A DNA stretch of 64,000 nucleotides, from contig NC_043013.1 of NCBI RefSeq assembly GCF_006345805.1, positions 14,074,001 to 14,138,000 of the forward strand, written 5' to 3'. The notes below the pieces were generated by a model that worked only from the letters and a program-made list of their open reading frames with translations, was not told where the DNA came from and ran no database searches. Of the stretch, positions 1-12,928 are shown piece by piece; position 1 is the first letter of the stretch; every line of letters starts with the position of its first letter. The DNA is from Octopus sinensis. Taxonomy: Eukaryota. Position numbers and translations under genes: made by a program.

Positions 1-118
1 CAGCACATACCCAAGGCACACAGACCTGCGCTCAGTAGTGAAGTCAAAGCATGCTATAAAAATAAAATAACTGGATGATGATGATGATGATGATAATAAT
101 AATAATAATAATAATAAT
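1..118 (+). mobile_element. 3' end of a Dong/R4-type non-LTR retrotransposon with (GAT)n(AAT)n tail
   Basis: 1-65 closely matches the reverse complement of the 3' UTR of the Dong-like copy at about 12065-12135 (cagcacatacccaaggcacacaga...gtagtgaagt). Confidence 0.7.
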
Positions 119-739
119 AATCTTTTCTTTATTAACCACTGAGGGTTCATATAAAAGATTGGAGACAATGCAGGACAGTACAAAACAAGTGGGATTGGAA
201 TGTGTAAATAAAGAAAAACAATAAAAATTAAACAGTTAAATCCCCAAAAGTGGGCAACTTCCAAGGGCTGCTTGTGGAAACCCCAGAAAAACCACGAACC
301 CCCTGACCTCTTGGGCAAGTACCCTTTTCTCTTCATCCAACCTTGATCTTGAGTTGCTTGCTTAGAGTATGCCTATTCACTCGAGCCTTTCGTGCTAGAT
401 TCACCCAAAATCGCTGGAAGGCAGCACCTCCCTCTCTATCCTCACTTACCTTTTCTATAGGGTATCAGACAAAATACTTCGTAGTATTGTTTCTGGATCT
501 TTATACAATGAATTCAAATCTTGCTAACATCAATTTTACCTGTCACTCGTGTGGTGGGGGTCAGTGAAATAAATTACCAGCCAATGACAAGAACTAACCC
601 CATTCCTCAAAATTACTGGCCTTGTGCCTAAATCAGAAAACACTATTATCATTCAATTCATTTTTATTGTGTGCTCTCACCACTCTTTCAACCACAGTTG
701 GTAGCGCAGTTTGTTTTGGTGTTCTTATTTTTACAGTAG

Positions 740-962
740 TAAGGCGGTGACCTGGGAGAATCATTAGCATGTCGGGGGGGAAATGCTTAGCAGTATTTTG
801 CCCATCACTACATTCTGAGTTCAAATCCCACCGAGGTCAACTTTGCCTTTCATCCTTTTGGGGTTGATAAATTAAGTACCAGTGAGACACTGGGCTCGAT
901 GTAATCAACTAGTACCCTCTCCACAAATTTCAGGCCTTGTACCTAATGTATAAAGATTATTA
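740..962 (+). mobile_element. tRNA-headed SINE family A, tail variant 2
   Basis: A-box-like gctggcagaa/gttagc, B-box gttctgagttcaaat and core gaggtcaactttgcctttcatcct. Ends aaatttcaggccttgt...gattattatt. Confidence 0.7.
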
Positions 963-1288
963 TTTTTCCAGTATGAAAATACTTTATGTAAGGGATGTTT
1001 GGCCTCGGGACTGGCATGAACTGATTAGATTTTGGGATTGATTCAGTACGGGACAAGGATTCTGGATTATTTTTCCTGTTTTTTTTTTTTACTTAATTTT
1101 TGAGAATGGTCGGGTTCATTTTTAGTATTCTCATTTGTGAGAGCAGTTGTGTTTATTTCAGATATTCTCATTTTAAAATTCATCAGGGTCAACAAAATAA
1201 GTACCACTCAATCACTGGTGGGGGGTGGTCAATGTAATTGACTTCCCCCTCCCTAAAGAACTTCTGGCTCTGTGCCAAAATTTGAAGC

Positions 1289-1321
<33 letters not shown>

Positions 1322-1340
1322 TATCATTATTATTATTATT

Positions 1341-1498
1341 GAGTGAGAGAGCAGTTCATGCCATCAAAGTGACACTGGGGTAAAATATACGAAGCCCAAT
1401 ATACCCACCATGACTACCCGTCTGATAAGGGTACACCAGGCACATGCATCACAACCATATGTGCACGACATGGTGATCTCATATCAAGATAAACAGCA

Positions 1499-1500
<2 letters not shown>
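1341..1500 (-). mobile_element. Short non-coding insert embedded in (TTA)n microsatellite (probable 3' end of a TAA-targeting retroelement)
   Basis: 160 bp of complex sequence flanked on both sides by ATT/TTA arrays, the same context as the Dong-like element. Confidence 0.45.
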
Positions 1501-1571
<71 letters not shown>

Positions 1572-2132
1572 TCAGCTATATTTATTTTGTATTTTATCTG
1601 AACTCCTGAATGCAGCTCTGTACACTTTGTTTATGTTTAGTATTTTGTTTGTAATATTTTCTGTTGTATCAACAGAGAACTCAATGTTCAGTACTGGTAC
1701 TGTATATATATTAATGTATACAGTGCTAATAATGCACATTGTATATATATATATATCTGTTTATGCAGTGCTACTGCAAACCAGAGAATGTTTCATACAC
1801 TACCTGCATATATTTTGGACTAACAGATTTGATTCTGTCTCTAAAGTGGCACATGCATGCCATGTTGATAAGCTGCATCTACAGTGAAATATGGATCTCA
1901 TGCTTTCATTCTAGGAATCACACTCACTTGCTTATGACCAAGATGCCAACTTAGCCATGTGCCTTTACAAGTCTCAAAATACTCCGCAAATGTCTGAAGA
2001 ACCCAGTAGCATAATATCCTGCATGTTGTATAGAGATCTTTAAATCCTGCAGTATTCTCCATACAATATGGTTGCAGTCCCTGGTGGTGAAGGTGTGTGA
2101 CCTTGCAAGTCACATGTTTGTTTCAATATTAA

Positions 2133-2772
2133 GGGCAGCGAGCTGGTAGAATCGTTAGCATGTTGGGTGAAATGCTTAGTCGTATTTCGTCTGAGGTTAC
2201 GTGCTGAGTTCAAATTCCGCTGAGGTTGGCTTTGTGTTTCATCCTCTCGGGTTGATAAATTAAGTACCTGTTGCATACTGGAGTTGATCTAATTGACTGG
2301 GCCAATCCTCAAAAATTTCAGGCTTTGTGCCTAGAGTAGAAAAGAATATTAAGGGCAGCAGGTTGGCAGAATCGTTTACACGCCGGGCGAAATGCTTAGC
2401 GGTAGTTCGTCTGACGCTATGTTCTGAGTTCAAATTCTGCCGCGGTCAACTTTGCCTTACATCCTTTCGGGATCGATAAATTAAGAAACAGTTAAGCACT
2501 GGGGTCGATGTAGTCGACTTAATCCGTTTGTCTGTCCTTGTTTGTCCTCTCTGTGTTTAGCCCCTTGTGGGTAGTAAAGAAATAGAAATAGGTATTTCAT
2601 CTGCTGTTACGTGCTGAGTTCAAATTCGGCCTAGATTGACTTTGCCTTTAATCCTTTTGAAGTCAATTAAATAAATACCAGTTATGCACTGGAGTCGATG
2701 TACTCGGCTTAATCCCTGTCGGTCCTTGTTTGTCCCCTCTATGTTTAGTGCCCTGTGGGCAATAAAGAAATA
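2133..2772 (+). mobile_element. Cluster of family A SINEs (tail-2 copy, then tail-1 dimer)
   Basis: Three consecutive copies of the family A core. The dimer junction is aaagaaata(gaaata)|ggtatttc. Confidence 0.85.
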
Positions 2773-3812
2773 AACATTGTAAGGTTGTAAGTTTGATTCC
2801 TTGTCTGGGTATTGTACTGAATCCTTGAGCAAAGCACTTTACTTCAAATTGGTTCAGTTTACACAGATGAAAATAGGTTTCAGCCAACAGCTTGTGCACC
2901 TCACTCTCCCTCCCTTCAGCTGTCAGGTTTTCATTGTCTCACTGGGTCAAGGAAGGGTAGGCCAAGAGAATGATTATGTCTGCTCATGACTACATCAGCA
3001 TCTAAAACAATGAGCAAAAGCATGATACAAGCTGCCAAGGTCATACTTGTTTACAAGTGACAGCTAAGCATTTTTTTTTTCCAACCAACGTGGCAATATA
3101 CTCTATGTTGGGTACACATGCCATAGTCCTGCGGTACACTATACATTTAGTTGTAGTACCTAATATTGGTATTTTCTTTATATCATATACTGATACATGT
3201 ATGACATGTGGGTCTGATTATGGGTTTAGAATTTGTTTGATCATTATTAACAAGGCCCCCTACCTATTAGGGATTGCTTCTATTGTCTTTGTCATATCCC
3301 CTTGTTTGTTCCTCATGTAGAAGTAGACGGAAACTGTATAGAGTCAGACATACAGTGTGTGTGTGTGTGTGTGTTATTGTATTTCAAGATTTCTTGCCAA
3401 TTGAGAAAGAGCCTGTTTCTAACCTAGATCCAAGCCTCCTTCACTGGACTTTGAACAACACCAACAGAGTATTTTTGTATGTATGTATATGTGCAGATTT
3501 GTATGTTTTGTTTTATCTTTGTATTCTCGTGCACATAGCTGCATGTCTAGACATGCACATATATACTTTAATGATGAATGCCTGGAAAGTTTTACAGATT
3601 TTTACAGTCCCAGTTATGGATTGGATCTGTAGTCTACGAATCAGCCTTTTCCATTCACAGTTTGAGAAGACTTATTCTCAGGATTGGTATTTAGCAGTGT
3701 GTTACATATCCCATGTATGTATGTATGTATGTGTGTATGTATGTATGTATGTATGTATGTATGTATGTATGTATGTATGTATGTATGTGTGTGTATGTGT
3801 GTGTGTGAGTGT

Positions 3813-3856
<44 letters not shown>

Positions 3857-3887
3857 ATCTGTGTGTGAGCATATGGATATCTTTTAT

Positions 3888-4240
3888 CTTTTACTTGACT
3901 GCAGCCAAGCTAGGGCACCATCATTAAGGGTTTTAGTCAAACAAATCAACCCCAGGACTTATGTCTTTATTTTTATGCTTAGTACTTATTCTATCAGGCT
4001 CTTTTGTCAAACTGCTAAGTTATGGGAACGTAAACACACCAACACTGGCTGTTAAGTGGTGGTGGGTGACAAACATAGACACAAAGACAAACACCACACA
4101 CACACACACATACACACACACACACACATAGATATATACATATATACGATGGGCTTCTTTCAGTTTCCATCTACTAAATCCACTCACAAGGCTTTGGTTG
4201 GCCTAAGGCTATAGTAGAAGACACTTGGCTCAAGATGCTA
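3888..4240 (-). mobile_element. tRNA-headed SINE family C (internal CA/TA microsatellite)
   Basis: Matches copies at 10245-10640, 14520-15310 (two), 27545-27960, 46741-47149 and 56655-57075. On its own strand the head is ggagtggctgtgtggtaag...gggttcagtccc. Confidence 0.8.
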
Positions 4241-5343
4241 CGCAGTGGGACTGAACTAGGAGCCATGTGATTGGGAAGCAAGCTTCTTACCACACAGTCC
4301 TAAATTTCTAATTATGCATGTATATGTGTGTGCATTCACGCATATCTATGTGAGTGTTTGTATTTGTAATTTTCTGAAAATTGCTGAGCTACAAAAAGTG
4401 ATATTGCTTTTCTAGTTAACAAATTATCTGCTGGCTCCGCACTTTTGAAAAGGTGCAGAATCCCTTGCTTGAAAAAACATGTTGGGTTAGTGAAAAACAG
4501 GAGGGTTATTTGGCTATAAAATAATGCTTCATAATAAATATATCCAGCTAACCCATGCTACCACAAAAAAGTGGACATAAAAATGAGAAAAGAAATAAAC
4601 AAATGGCAGTGTATGTCAACAGAAATAAGGTTAAGAAAAGGTTAACATCTCATCCAGTTTAGCTTTGGCATCTTGTCACCACCACCCCCAGCTTCTTTCT
4701 TGCTACTCTCTGCCTTGTATAATGTGGGGCAGCCATTTATCTCTTCTATACTGAGACATCTATACTTGTCTCTTTCTATTGTCCTGTAGACGCTCAATAT
4801 CTGGCCTAAAACCACTGTTGCCCCTCTCAAATACTCACCACTGCCCCTTAGTTGAGAAAGGGAGGTGGTTTTATGTTTCCATTTTTTCTCCCTGTCTTGC
4901 AAGTTACTTGGTGACCTCATTAGTGCTGGTGCCATAAAAAAAAAGCACCCAATACAGACTGTAAAGTGGTTGGTGTTAGAGAGGGCATCCAGCCATAGAA
5001 ACCATGTCAAAACTTACATTAGAACTTGACACAGCCCTGCAGCTCACTGGATTTTGTCAAACCATCCAACCCATGGCAGCACAGAAAACAGACATTAAAT
5101 TACAATGCAGACAATGATGGTGATGATGATGATGATGTTGATGTATATGTGACAAGTAACCTGACACCTCACCCAGTTTAATACTACCGTCTGGCCATTG
5201 AGTTCACACTGTTGCAATCATTCTGACCATGTTTCCAGTCTGAGGAAACTGTCTTCCTATCAGTCACTGAGGCTTTAAACAGCGAGTGGGAGAGGTTCAT
5301 GGATAGTACCCTTCCACCCTGACTAAACAGCTTAAAAAAGACA

Positions 5344-5375
<32 letters not shown>

Positions 5376-6474
5376 GGGAGATAAATGTGTCAATTTTTCA
5401 ATCTTGGATTACAGAATTTGTGCAATGCCCTCATAATCAAGTATGCTTGACTAATATGAAAAATTGTCTGCATAACAGAGATAAGAAACTGGAAGAGAGT
5501 GCATTGATGAGAGTGGGTGAGGAGAATGAGGGAAGCCTCTATGTAGTTGCTTGGTCTGTTAGAGATAACAGCTAAACCCCTTCTAGATCACACTCTTTTG
5601 TCTTCCATCAAAAAGAACACGAAAGATGCAATCCCTTTTATAGAGAATAATGGTTCCTCTTGGCTGCAATGTCTTTCATCATAGATCTGCTCAACCTGTG
5701 TTGGCTGACCAGGGGCTAAATAACAGTAGAATGTAGTGTCTTCCTCACAGGTATAATTTCTACTTGTGCTTGGTCAGATGCTAAAAAAATCAACAATAAT
5801 GATAATAGCAGCAGTAGCAGTGGCAGCAATAACAACAACCATCTCCATAGCGACAGAAGCTTTAAGATTAATTAATAAAAGACAGCAATGGGACGAACAG
5901 ACAGATACTCCAAAAAATAATAACCCTTCAATCTTGTATCACTAAGAAACCACTTACAAACCCCTCGTTGGTTCTTCTGGTTTGACCAGTTGGATAAAAA
6001 CCTGAATATGGGTGGAAAATCCTGCCACCCCACACCAACGCCACCCCATAATTCCATTCCCCTTCTCCTCACTCATTCTTATCATTTGTTTTCTCTTTTA
6101 ATTCTTTATATGTATGTTGTTGTTTTTTTGCATTTTTTTTAATATTTCGATTTTCTTTTTGTTTCTCTTTGACTGATGTACTCTTGTCAGTGAAAACAGG
6201 ATGGATCAGTCATAATTGCATTCATTTATCATTTATCTGTTGCCTTTTACTGGTTTCAATCAGTTGATTGCAGCCATGCTGGAGCAATGTCTTGAAAGAT
6301 TTAAGTCAAATAAATTGACTCTAGGATTTTTTTTTATAAAGTCTTGTACTTATTTTATCTGTCTGCTTTTGATAAACAGCTAAGTTATGGGGATGTAAAC
6401 AAACCAATAATGGTTGTCAAATGGTGGGAGACAAACACAATCACATGCACACATTCATATATATATATACATAT

Positions 6475-7187
6475 AAAGCAAATAAGTAACAAGGATGTCC
6501 AGGCATATCCTTGTTACTTATTTGCTTTTTGTTCACCTAATTTCAAGCTGTGCAGACAATACTGGACAGATTTGGTGCATCAACTTAAGTACCTAATTTA
6601 ACTGAATCTTAATTGTGTATATAGATATGAGCTAAACGCCCCCCCCCCGTCCAATGGATGGTGCTGAGTTGTCAAATATTTAAACCAAATTTTCTCAAAA
6701 CAACTTGTCCGACCGTCCCATAGTCCTCCCCTTTGAGAAACACTGATTTAACCTAAATTTGAGACACCAGCAAAAGAAGAAATAACGATAGACTTTTTTA
6801 CCTATTCCAAAGAAAAACGATTTTATCCACACAAATATGCAACCGAAGAGTTTAAAGTACCAGTAATGATAAGACTGTTGACTGGGAGAACACAAACATA
6901 GTTTAAATAGTAAGCTTGGCAGGAAAGAAATTTGCCTTTAAGCAGTACAAAAACAATAAAAAATAGAAGGTGCAGTTATGTACAGGTTGACAAAAGAAAA
7001 GCGGGACAAACATGGCTTTATTGATTGCATTCTCATGTGGAATCGATTTTTGTAATTTTTTCAAGACTTATATACGCCCTGATACTGTCGGTATCTACAT
7101 ATCAAATTTGAGTGCAATCGGATGGAGGATGCCCGAGATCCAAGAAAACACACACACAGACAGACGGAAAGGATTTTATATAATAGA
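6475..7187 (-). mobile_element. Probable non-autonomous Helitron-like element (family H2)
   Basis: 5' end TCTATTATATAAAATCC on the minus strand. About 170 bp is shared with 26446-26610 (+). A perfect hairpin at 6475-6528 may mark the 3' end, which is uncertain. Confidence 0.5.
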
Positions 7188-7414
7188 TGTGTGTGTGTGT
7201 GTGTGTGTATGTTTAGAGCTGTTTTGTGTGTGTGTGTCTTTCTCGTGACATCATGTCATAGATGTAAATGAATGTCATTGTCTTATAAGTTGTACAATTT
7301 GTTTCTAATATTCCTGTAGAAACATATCTTGCCATGAGGAAATATTACTTTGCATGGAAACAGGGGAAAGATGGTGACATGAAGGCAATCTGAGTATACA
7401 AAAATCTACCTTAA

Positions 7415-7859
7415 CCTCTTAGCATTCAGATGATTCTGTCAAATGAAAGCTTATTTATTCATATTGTTTCGCAGATTTCAAATTATGTGATTGTTTGTTT
7501 TTAGAATGGCATTGTAGGGCAGGTTCAAGGGGTCATTCTTATTTCTTTACTACTCATAAGGGGCTAAACATAGAGGGGACAAACAAGTACAGGCAAAGGG
7601 ATTAAGTCGATTACATCGCCCCCAGTGCATAATTGGTACTTAATTCATCGACTCCGAAAGGATGAAAGGCAAAGTCGACTTTGGTGGAATTTGAACTCAG
7701 AACGTAACGGCAGACGAAATATTGCTAAGCATTTCACCTGGTGTGCTAAAGTTTCTGCCAGCTCGCTGTTAGAATGACTCAAGGGGTCATTCTGGCCAGT
7801 TTGAATGTAAAATAGATAGAATATTTGGGCTGGATATGGCTGGTTTAAATGCTAAAAGG
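7415..7859. mobile_element. piggyBac-like MITE with nested family A SINE
   Basis: TTAA at 7411-7414 and 7860-7863, with TIRs cctcttagcatt / aatgctaaaagg. The nested SINE (about 7540-7768, minus) has a 15-bp TSD tcaaggggtcattct (7525-7539, 7779-7793). A truncated related copy lies at about 51223-51390. Confidence 0.7.
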
Positions 7860-8028
7860 TTAATTAATTACTTGGCTTTTGCTTCGGTTAATTGTGAAAA
7901 TAACAAAGAAGCTGGTGTTTGCAACATAAATGAATATGAAATTTTGATGGATAATTTTAAATTCAAATCACTTTAAAATCAGAAAGTTTGTATCAACAGA
8001 ACCAGGACAATCTTAGGTGTATGATATA

Positions 8029-8595
8029 TTGGGTTGTCCAGAAAGTCCGTACCGATTTTTAAAGGAAAGAAAAAGGTCAATAAATACTTGCCATTACATT
8101 TTTAATCAACCAAATATAAACCATTTTGTTGCACAATGCGTCTCCATCTTTCCTTTAACTGGAAAATACCCTCTTCCCAGAATTGTGGTGGTTTCATGGC
8201 AAAGAATTCATCAAGGTATCTTTTTACATCATCCAAGGAATTGAAATTTTTACCATTAAGACTATTCTGCAGAGACCTGAATAAGTGGAAATCTGAAGGA
8301 GCAATATCTGGTGAATATGGAGGGTGGGGTAACAAATCCCAGCCCAAGCTGCCGCAATTTTTGTTTGGTTCCCAAAGCATCAAGTGCCGAAAATGAACTT
8401 TCTTATCTTCCATTTTAAAGGGTTAGAGAATTAACACATGTTATAGGAACATAAACCTTCTTCCACAAAAAGATAGCTTAAACTATGCTCTAAATGGAGG
8501 TGTAGTCAAATCCTATTTTACAGACTCAACCATGTTCTAAAATAAGTCGAAAGGTAAGCTACTATAAATCGGCACAAACTTTTCGGACAACCCAA
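8029..8595 (-). mobile_element. Internally deleted mariner (Mos1/DD34D-type) element
   Basis: TA-flanked TIRs ttgggttgtcc...ggacaacccaa. ORF 8102-8413 has the transposase N-terminus MEDKKVHFRHLMLWE fused to the C-terminal LPHPPYSPDIAPSDFHLF...W..IV motif. Confidence 0.92.
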
Positions 8596-8614
8596 TAAAA
8601 GCAGAAAATTTGTA

Positions 8615-8990
8615 TCATCATCATTTAGCAACCGTTTTCCATGCTGGCATGGGCTGGGTGGTTTGACTGAAAACTAGTAAGCCGCACCAGATTCCAATCT
8701 GATTTGGCATGGTTTCTACAGCTGGATGCCTTTCCTAACACCAACCATCCCAAGAGTGTAGTGGGTGCATTTTACATGCCACTGGCATGGTTGCTAGTTG
8801 CAAAACCCTAGCATTGGCCACGACTACGACCTCACTTGGTTTGCCAGGTCTTCTCAAGCATGATATATTGCCAAAGGTCTCAGTCACTTATCACTGTCTC
8901 CATGAGGCCCAAACATCAAAGGGTGCTTTTTACATGCCACTGGCATGGGTGCCAATTACACGACACTGGCATTGGCTACTGTGGGATAAC
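8615..8990 (-). mobile_element. Repeat family B (retroposon ending ggaaagcggacgttaaa(cgat)(gat)n)
   Basis: Shares the core ttctacagctggatgcccttcctaac...gtagtgggtgc with 26140-26285, 39760-40390, 42845-43130, 48590-49085 and 51413-51680. Confidence 0.7.
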
Positions 8991-9001
8991 ATCAGCTGCT
9001 G

Positions 9002-9143
9002 GGGAGCTGACCAGAACTTGGGAGCTGACCAGAACTATGGGAGCTGACCGGAACTTGGGAGCTGACTGGAACTTGAGAGCTGACCGGGACTTGGGAGCTG
9101 ACTGGAACTTGGGAGCTGACTGGAACCTGGGAGCTGACCGGAA
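9002..9143 (+). repeat. 18-bp minisatellite (gggagctgacyrgaactt) x about 8
   Basis: Eight contiguous near-identical units (one is 19 bp), with no spacers. Confidence 0.95.
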
Positions 9144-10196
9144 GAGGAAGGGCGCAGGAGTGACGCGTGCGCAGGCAGGGGATAATTGGACCTTTTCGAT
9201 CGGGGTAGCCAACAGTGCTGGACGTCTGAGCACTTTAACAAGGTAAGGGAAAAAGCAGTTGCTATTTTTAGCGTTCGGGTCGGGCTACATGGAAGGGTGT
9301 GTTACCACCTGCGAGGTCTGTGTTGACGAAGAGAAGGCAGGTGTCTTATTTCAAATGTCCTGCATATACCACAACCTATTTCAGTGCTCCACATAAGACG
9401 TCACCACGATGGCAGCTAAAATCAGGATCTCCAGCGACGTTACCAGATCCTTCCGCATACACTGCAAGCTACGACTGCGGTTTCACTTAGTTGTGGCCGA
9501 AGTGAGTGTCATGTAACTGTTACCCCCAGTATCAAAATAGTCTTTGGTGTCTGATGACATCAAAAGAGTTAATGTTACATCCACTTATTCAGTGTTAACC
9601 CAGCATTTAATAGCAACAAAAACAACAAGAACAACAACAACAAAAGCAACTACAATGACAACGAAAGCTACAACTACAATAATAAAAACCATTAGCCTTC
9701 TCAATAGCGTTTTCTGTTATTTGGCCTTAAGTCCAATTAAGGTAGACAGATAAATCCTTCAATTTAAGAAGACAATAAGGGCTTGAAACTTAATAAGTTA
9801 TAAAAACAGTCTTTAGAAAGCTTTGACAAAGACTGAATGGCCTTTCTCGTTTTCCTTTCTAATTCCTGTCAGCTGTTTCTCTGTGTATGGAGGTATTTAT
9901 AAATGAATAAATAGAGATGTAGGTATATATACTCATGGTTTATGCACGTACATACATGTATGTATGCATGTTTGTATGCATATACACACACACACACACA
10001 CACACATGCATATATATGCATGTGTATGTGTGTGTATTTATGTATGTGTGTTTGTATATGTATGTACATGTATGCATATGTCTATGTATATATATATATA
10101 TGTGTGTGTGTGTGTAAGTACAAATGTATGCGTATGTCCATGTATACCTATATGTGTGTGTATGTGCCTGTATTCATGTATGTACATATGTATGTA

Positions 10197-10230
<34 letters not shown>

Positions 10231-10779
10231 CCTTATCTTTTCTTTCATCTTTAACTTGTCTCAGTCATGTGACAGTGGCCATGATGGGGCACTGCCTTGA
10301 AGGTCTTAGTTGAATTAATCGATCCCAGGGCTTTTTGTAGCCTGGTATTTATTCTATTGGTCTCCTTTATCAAATTGCTAAGTTACAGGGACAAAGCACT
10401 CAAACACTGATTGTCTAGAGGTGAGGGACAAACACAGACACAAAGACATACACACATATAGACACGCACACATACACACACACACACGTATATACACACA
10501 CAAAGGCTTCTTTTAGTTTCCGTCTACCAAATCCACTCACAAGGCTTTGGTCAGCTCGAGGCTATAGTAGAAGACACTTGCCTAAGGTGTCACGCAGAGG
10601 GACTGAACTGGAACCAGGTGGTTGGTAAGCAAGTTTCTTACCACACAGCCATGCCTGCATATGCATAATATGTAACATTATTTGGGTAGTGACCTTATAA
10701 CGCGCTTCACAAAGCTCCTCTACGATCGTTCTTTGGAGCTTCTGAAATGAAGTGTGTGTTTATTTAGGAATGACATGCA

Positions 10780-11270
10780 TGTAATGACATGCATAAGATC
10801 TGGTCATCAAATCTAAGTAGAGACTTCAAACTTGAAATATTCAAAGCCACAGTCGAACCAATCCTACTATATGGCTCAGAAACCTGGACGTTATCAAAGA
10901 AGCTTGAGAGGCGGTTGGATGGAACCTACACTCGCCTCCTTATGAGAGCTCAAAATCTCTCGTGGAAGCACCATCCAACCAAAATGCAAATATATGGGAA
11001 ACTACCACCTGTGTCATCTCTTGTGAAAGGTAAGAGAGTCCAGTTTGCTGGACATTGTTGTAGAGCTGAAAAAGAAGTAATTTCTACTCTTCTCCTCTGG
11101 AAGCCATCTACTCGCAACACCAGAGGGCGCACACTCTCCTACCCTGATGTAATCTCCAGGGATACAGGTATCCAGCAACAGGACCTCCGTAATGCTATGA
11201 TGGACCGTGAAGTCTGGCGCAACATGGTAAATTCCATTGTCTCGACCACGGTCGAACAATGATGATGATT
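10780..11270 (+). mobile_element. 5'-truncated RTE-clade LINE (post-RT C-terminus) with (TGA)n tail
   Basis: ORF 10789-11262 contains KLEIFKATVEPILLYGSETWTL...FAGHCCR...RGR...DREVWR, followed by tgatgatgat. Confidence 0.9.
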
Positions 11271-12031
11271 ATTTAGGAAAATGTTTAAATACATGGAAAA
11301 TGGTCATTATTGAAACCGTAACAAAAATGAAATACATAAGTTATGGTGTTCTGAAGAACCTGAATGAAAGAAAGCACTCCTCGAAAAATACAAATTTAAA
11401 TAACCATATAACTATGTGTATGTAGACAGGTGCATAATAGAAACATATGTAAATTACTATTCATGCGCATACAGAAATATACAGGAAATGTGAATGTTGA
11501 TATGCATTTAAACAGGAATGTATAAGTGATTAGCTGTCAAAACCCGGATGGAAAAAGGAAAAAGAAAATGAAATTATGGAGACAGATAGAAAAGGAAAGA
11601 GTCTAAAATCTCAAGAAAAACATTGTTTTCTACTTTAGACATGATGGCCATAGTGAGATAAAGAGATGGCCAACAAAAGTAAGCTGTTCACCCATAGTGT
11701 CCAGCTAGATTGACAATAAACATTGCAAGTACAGTATAGCAAATATATACATACACCCCACTATATATTCACACACACACATACAAATACGTACACACAC
11801 ACACACACACACACACATGCAAATACGTACACATACACACACACATACAAATACGTACACGCACACACATAAATATAATAATAATGATGACGATGACGAT
11901 GACGACGATGCAGAAAGCAGTGTCACTGAAAGACAAATGTGAGTTTCAGGAGAGGAATCAAAACAGAACATAATAAAACTAGATCTCAGACACTGTAAGT
12001 TACCTTGATCTCACCATCCCCTAAAGTCTAA

Positions 12032-12067
<36 letters not shown>

Positions 12068-12785
12068 TAATATATTTTTTATATCGTGCTTTTACTTCAC
12101 TACCGAGCGCAGCTCTGTGTGCCTTGGGTATGTGCTGTGATTTGTTGTGATGCTCTGATGGTTATTGTATGGAAAGTGTTCTGCGTAGGATGTGTGCAGT
12201 GCCTAGTAGTGCAATTTTCTGTATGTTATATGTGTTTGTAAGTCCTGGTGTTTTTGTTATGTATTTGTCTGAATATTTTTTTATCATGCCTAATGCACCT
12301 ATTATGATAGGAATTGTTTCTGTTTTTAGATTCCACATTCTGGTTACCTCTATTTCCAGGTCTTTGTATTTTGAAAGTTTCTCCATTTCTTTTAGAGACA
12401 CGTTGTCATCCGCTAGTATTGATACATCAATTAGAAAACATTTTTTTTTCTTCATGATCTCTGACAACTATATCTGGTCTGTTGGCCTTAATTTCTCTAT
12501 CTGTGTGTATTGGCATATCCCAGAGTATGGTTGCTTTCTCGTTTTCTGTGACCTTTTCTGGTGTGTGCCTATACCATCTTTTTTCTGTTGTTATTCCATA
12601 ATGTTGGCATAGTTTCTAGTGTATATAGGTCCCAACTCTGTCGTGTCTGTGAATATATTCCTTCTTAGCTAGGACTGGGCAGCCAGAGATAATATGATTT
12701 ATTGTTTCTTGTCCATCTCTACATATTCTGCAGTTACTTGTTATATTTCTTTTCATTACATGTTTTTGGTAATTTCTGGTGGGGA

Positions 12786-12786
<1 letters not shown>
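12032..12786 (-). mobile_element. 5'-truncated Dong/R4-clade non-LTR element (CCHC knuckle + restriction-like endonuclease)
   Basis: The minus strand reads CRICRDGQETINHIISGC...RHD...LWDMPIHTDREIKANRPDIVV...FLIDVSI...EKLSKYKDL...PIIIGALG...ALLGTAHILR, with one stop and frameshifts. It sits between (TAA)n arrays. Confidence 0.88.
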
Positions 12787-12845
<59 letters not shown>

Positions 12846-12869
12846 CATCATCATTATTATTATTATCAT

Positions 12870-12928
<59 letters not shown>

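Noticed and set aside
3274-4055. 217-aa and 123-aa ORFs; possible exons 3389-3468 (DFLPIEKEPVSNLDPSLLHWTLNNTNR) and 3608-3686
   Set aside because: The ORFs run through (GTAT)n/(GT)n and a SINE. The candidate exons have weak donors (gtattt), no recognisable homology and no consistent phase link to the rhophilin exons.
8017-8396. + strand ORFs over the mariner (also 24960-25402 minus, 10950-11259 minus, 12169-12612 plus)
   Set aside because: Antisense or alternate-frame shadows of transposon coding sequence.
9002-9143. Array resembling CRISPR repeats
   Set aside because: Units are contiguous with no unique spacers, there are no cas genes, and the context is eukaryotic.
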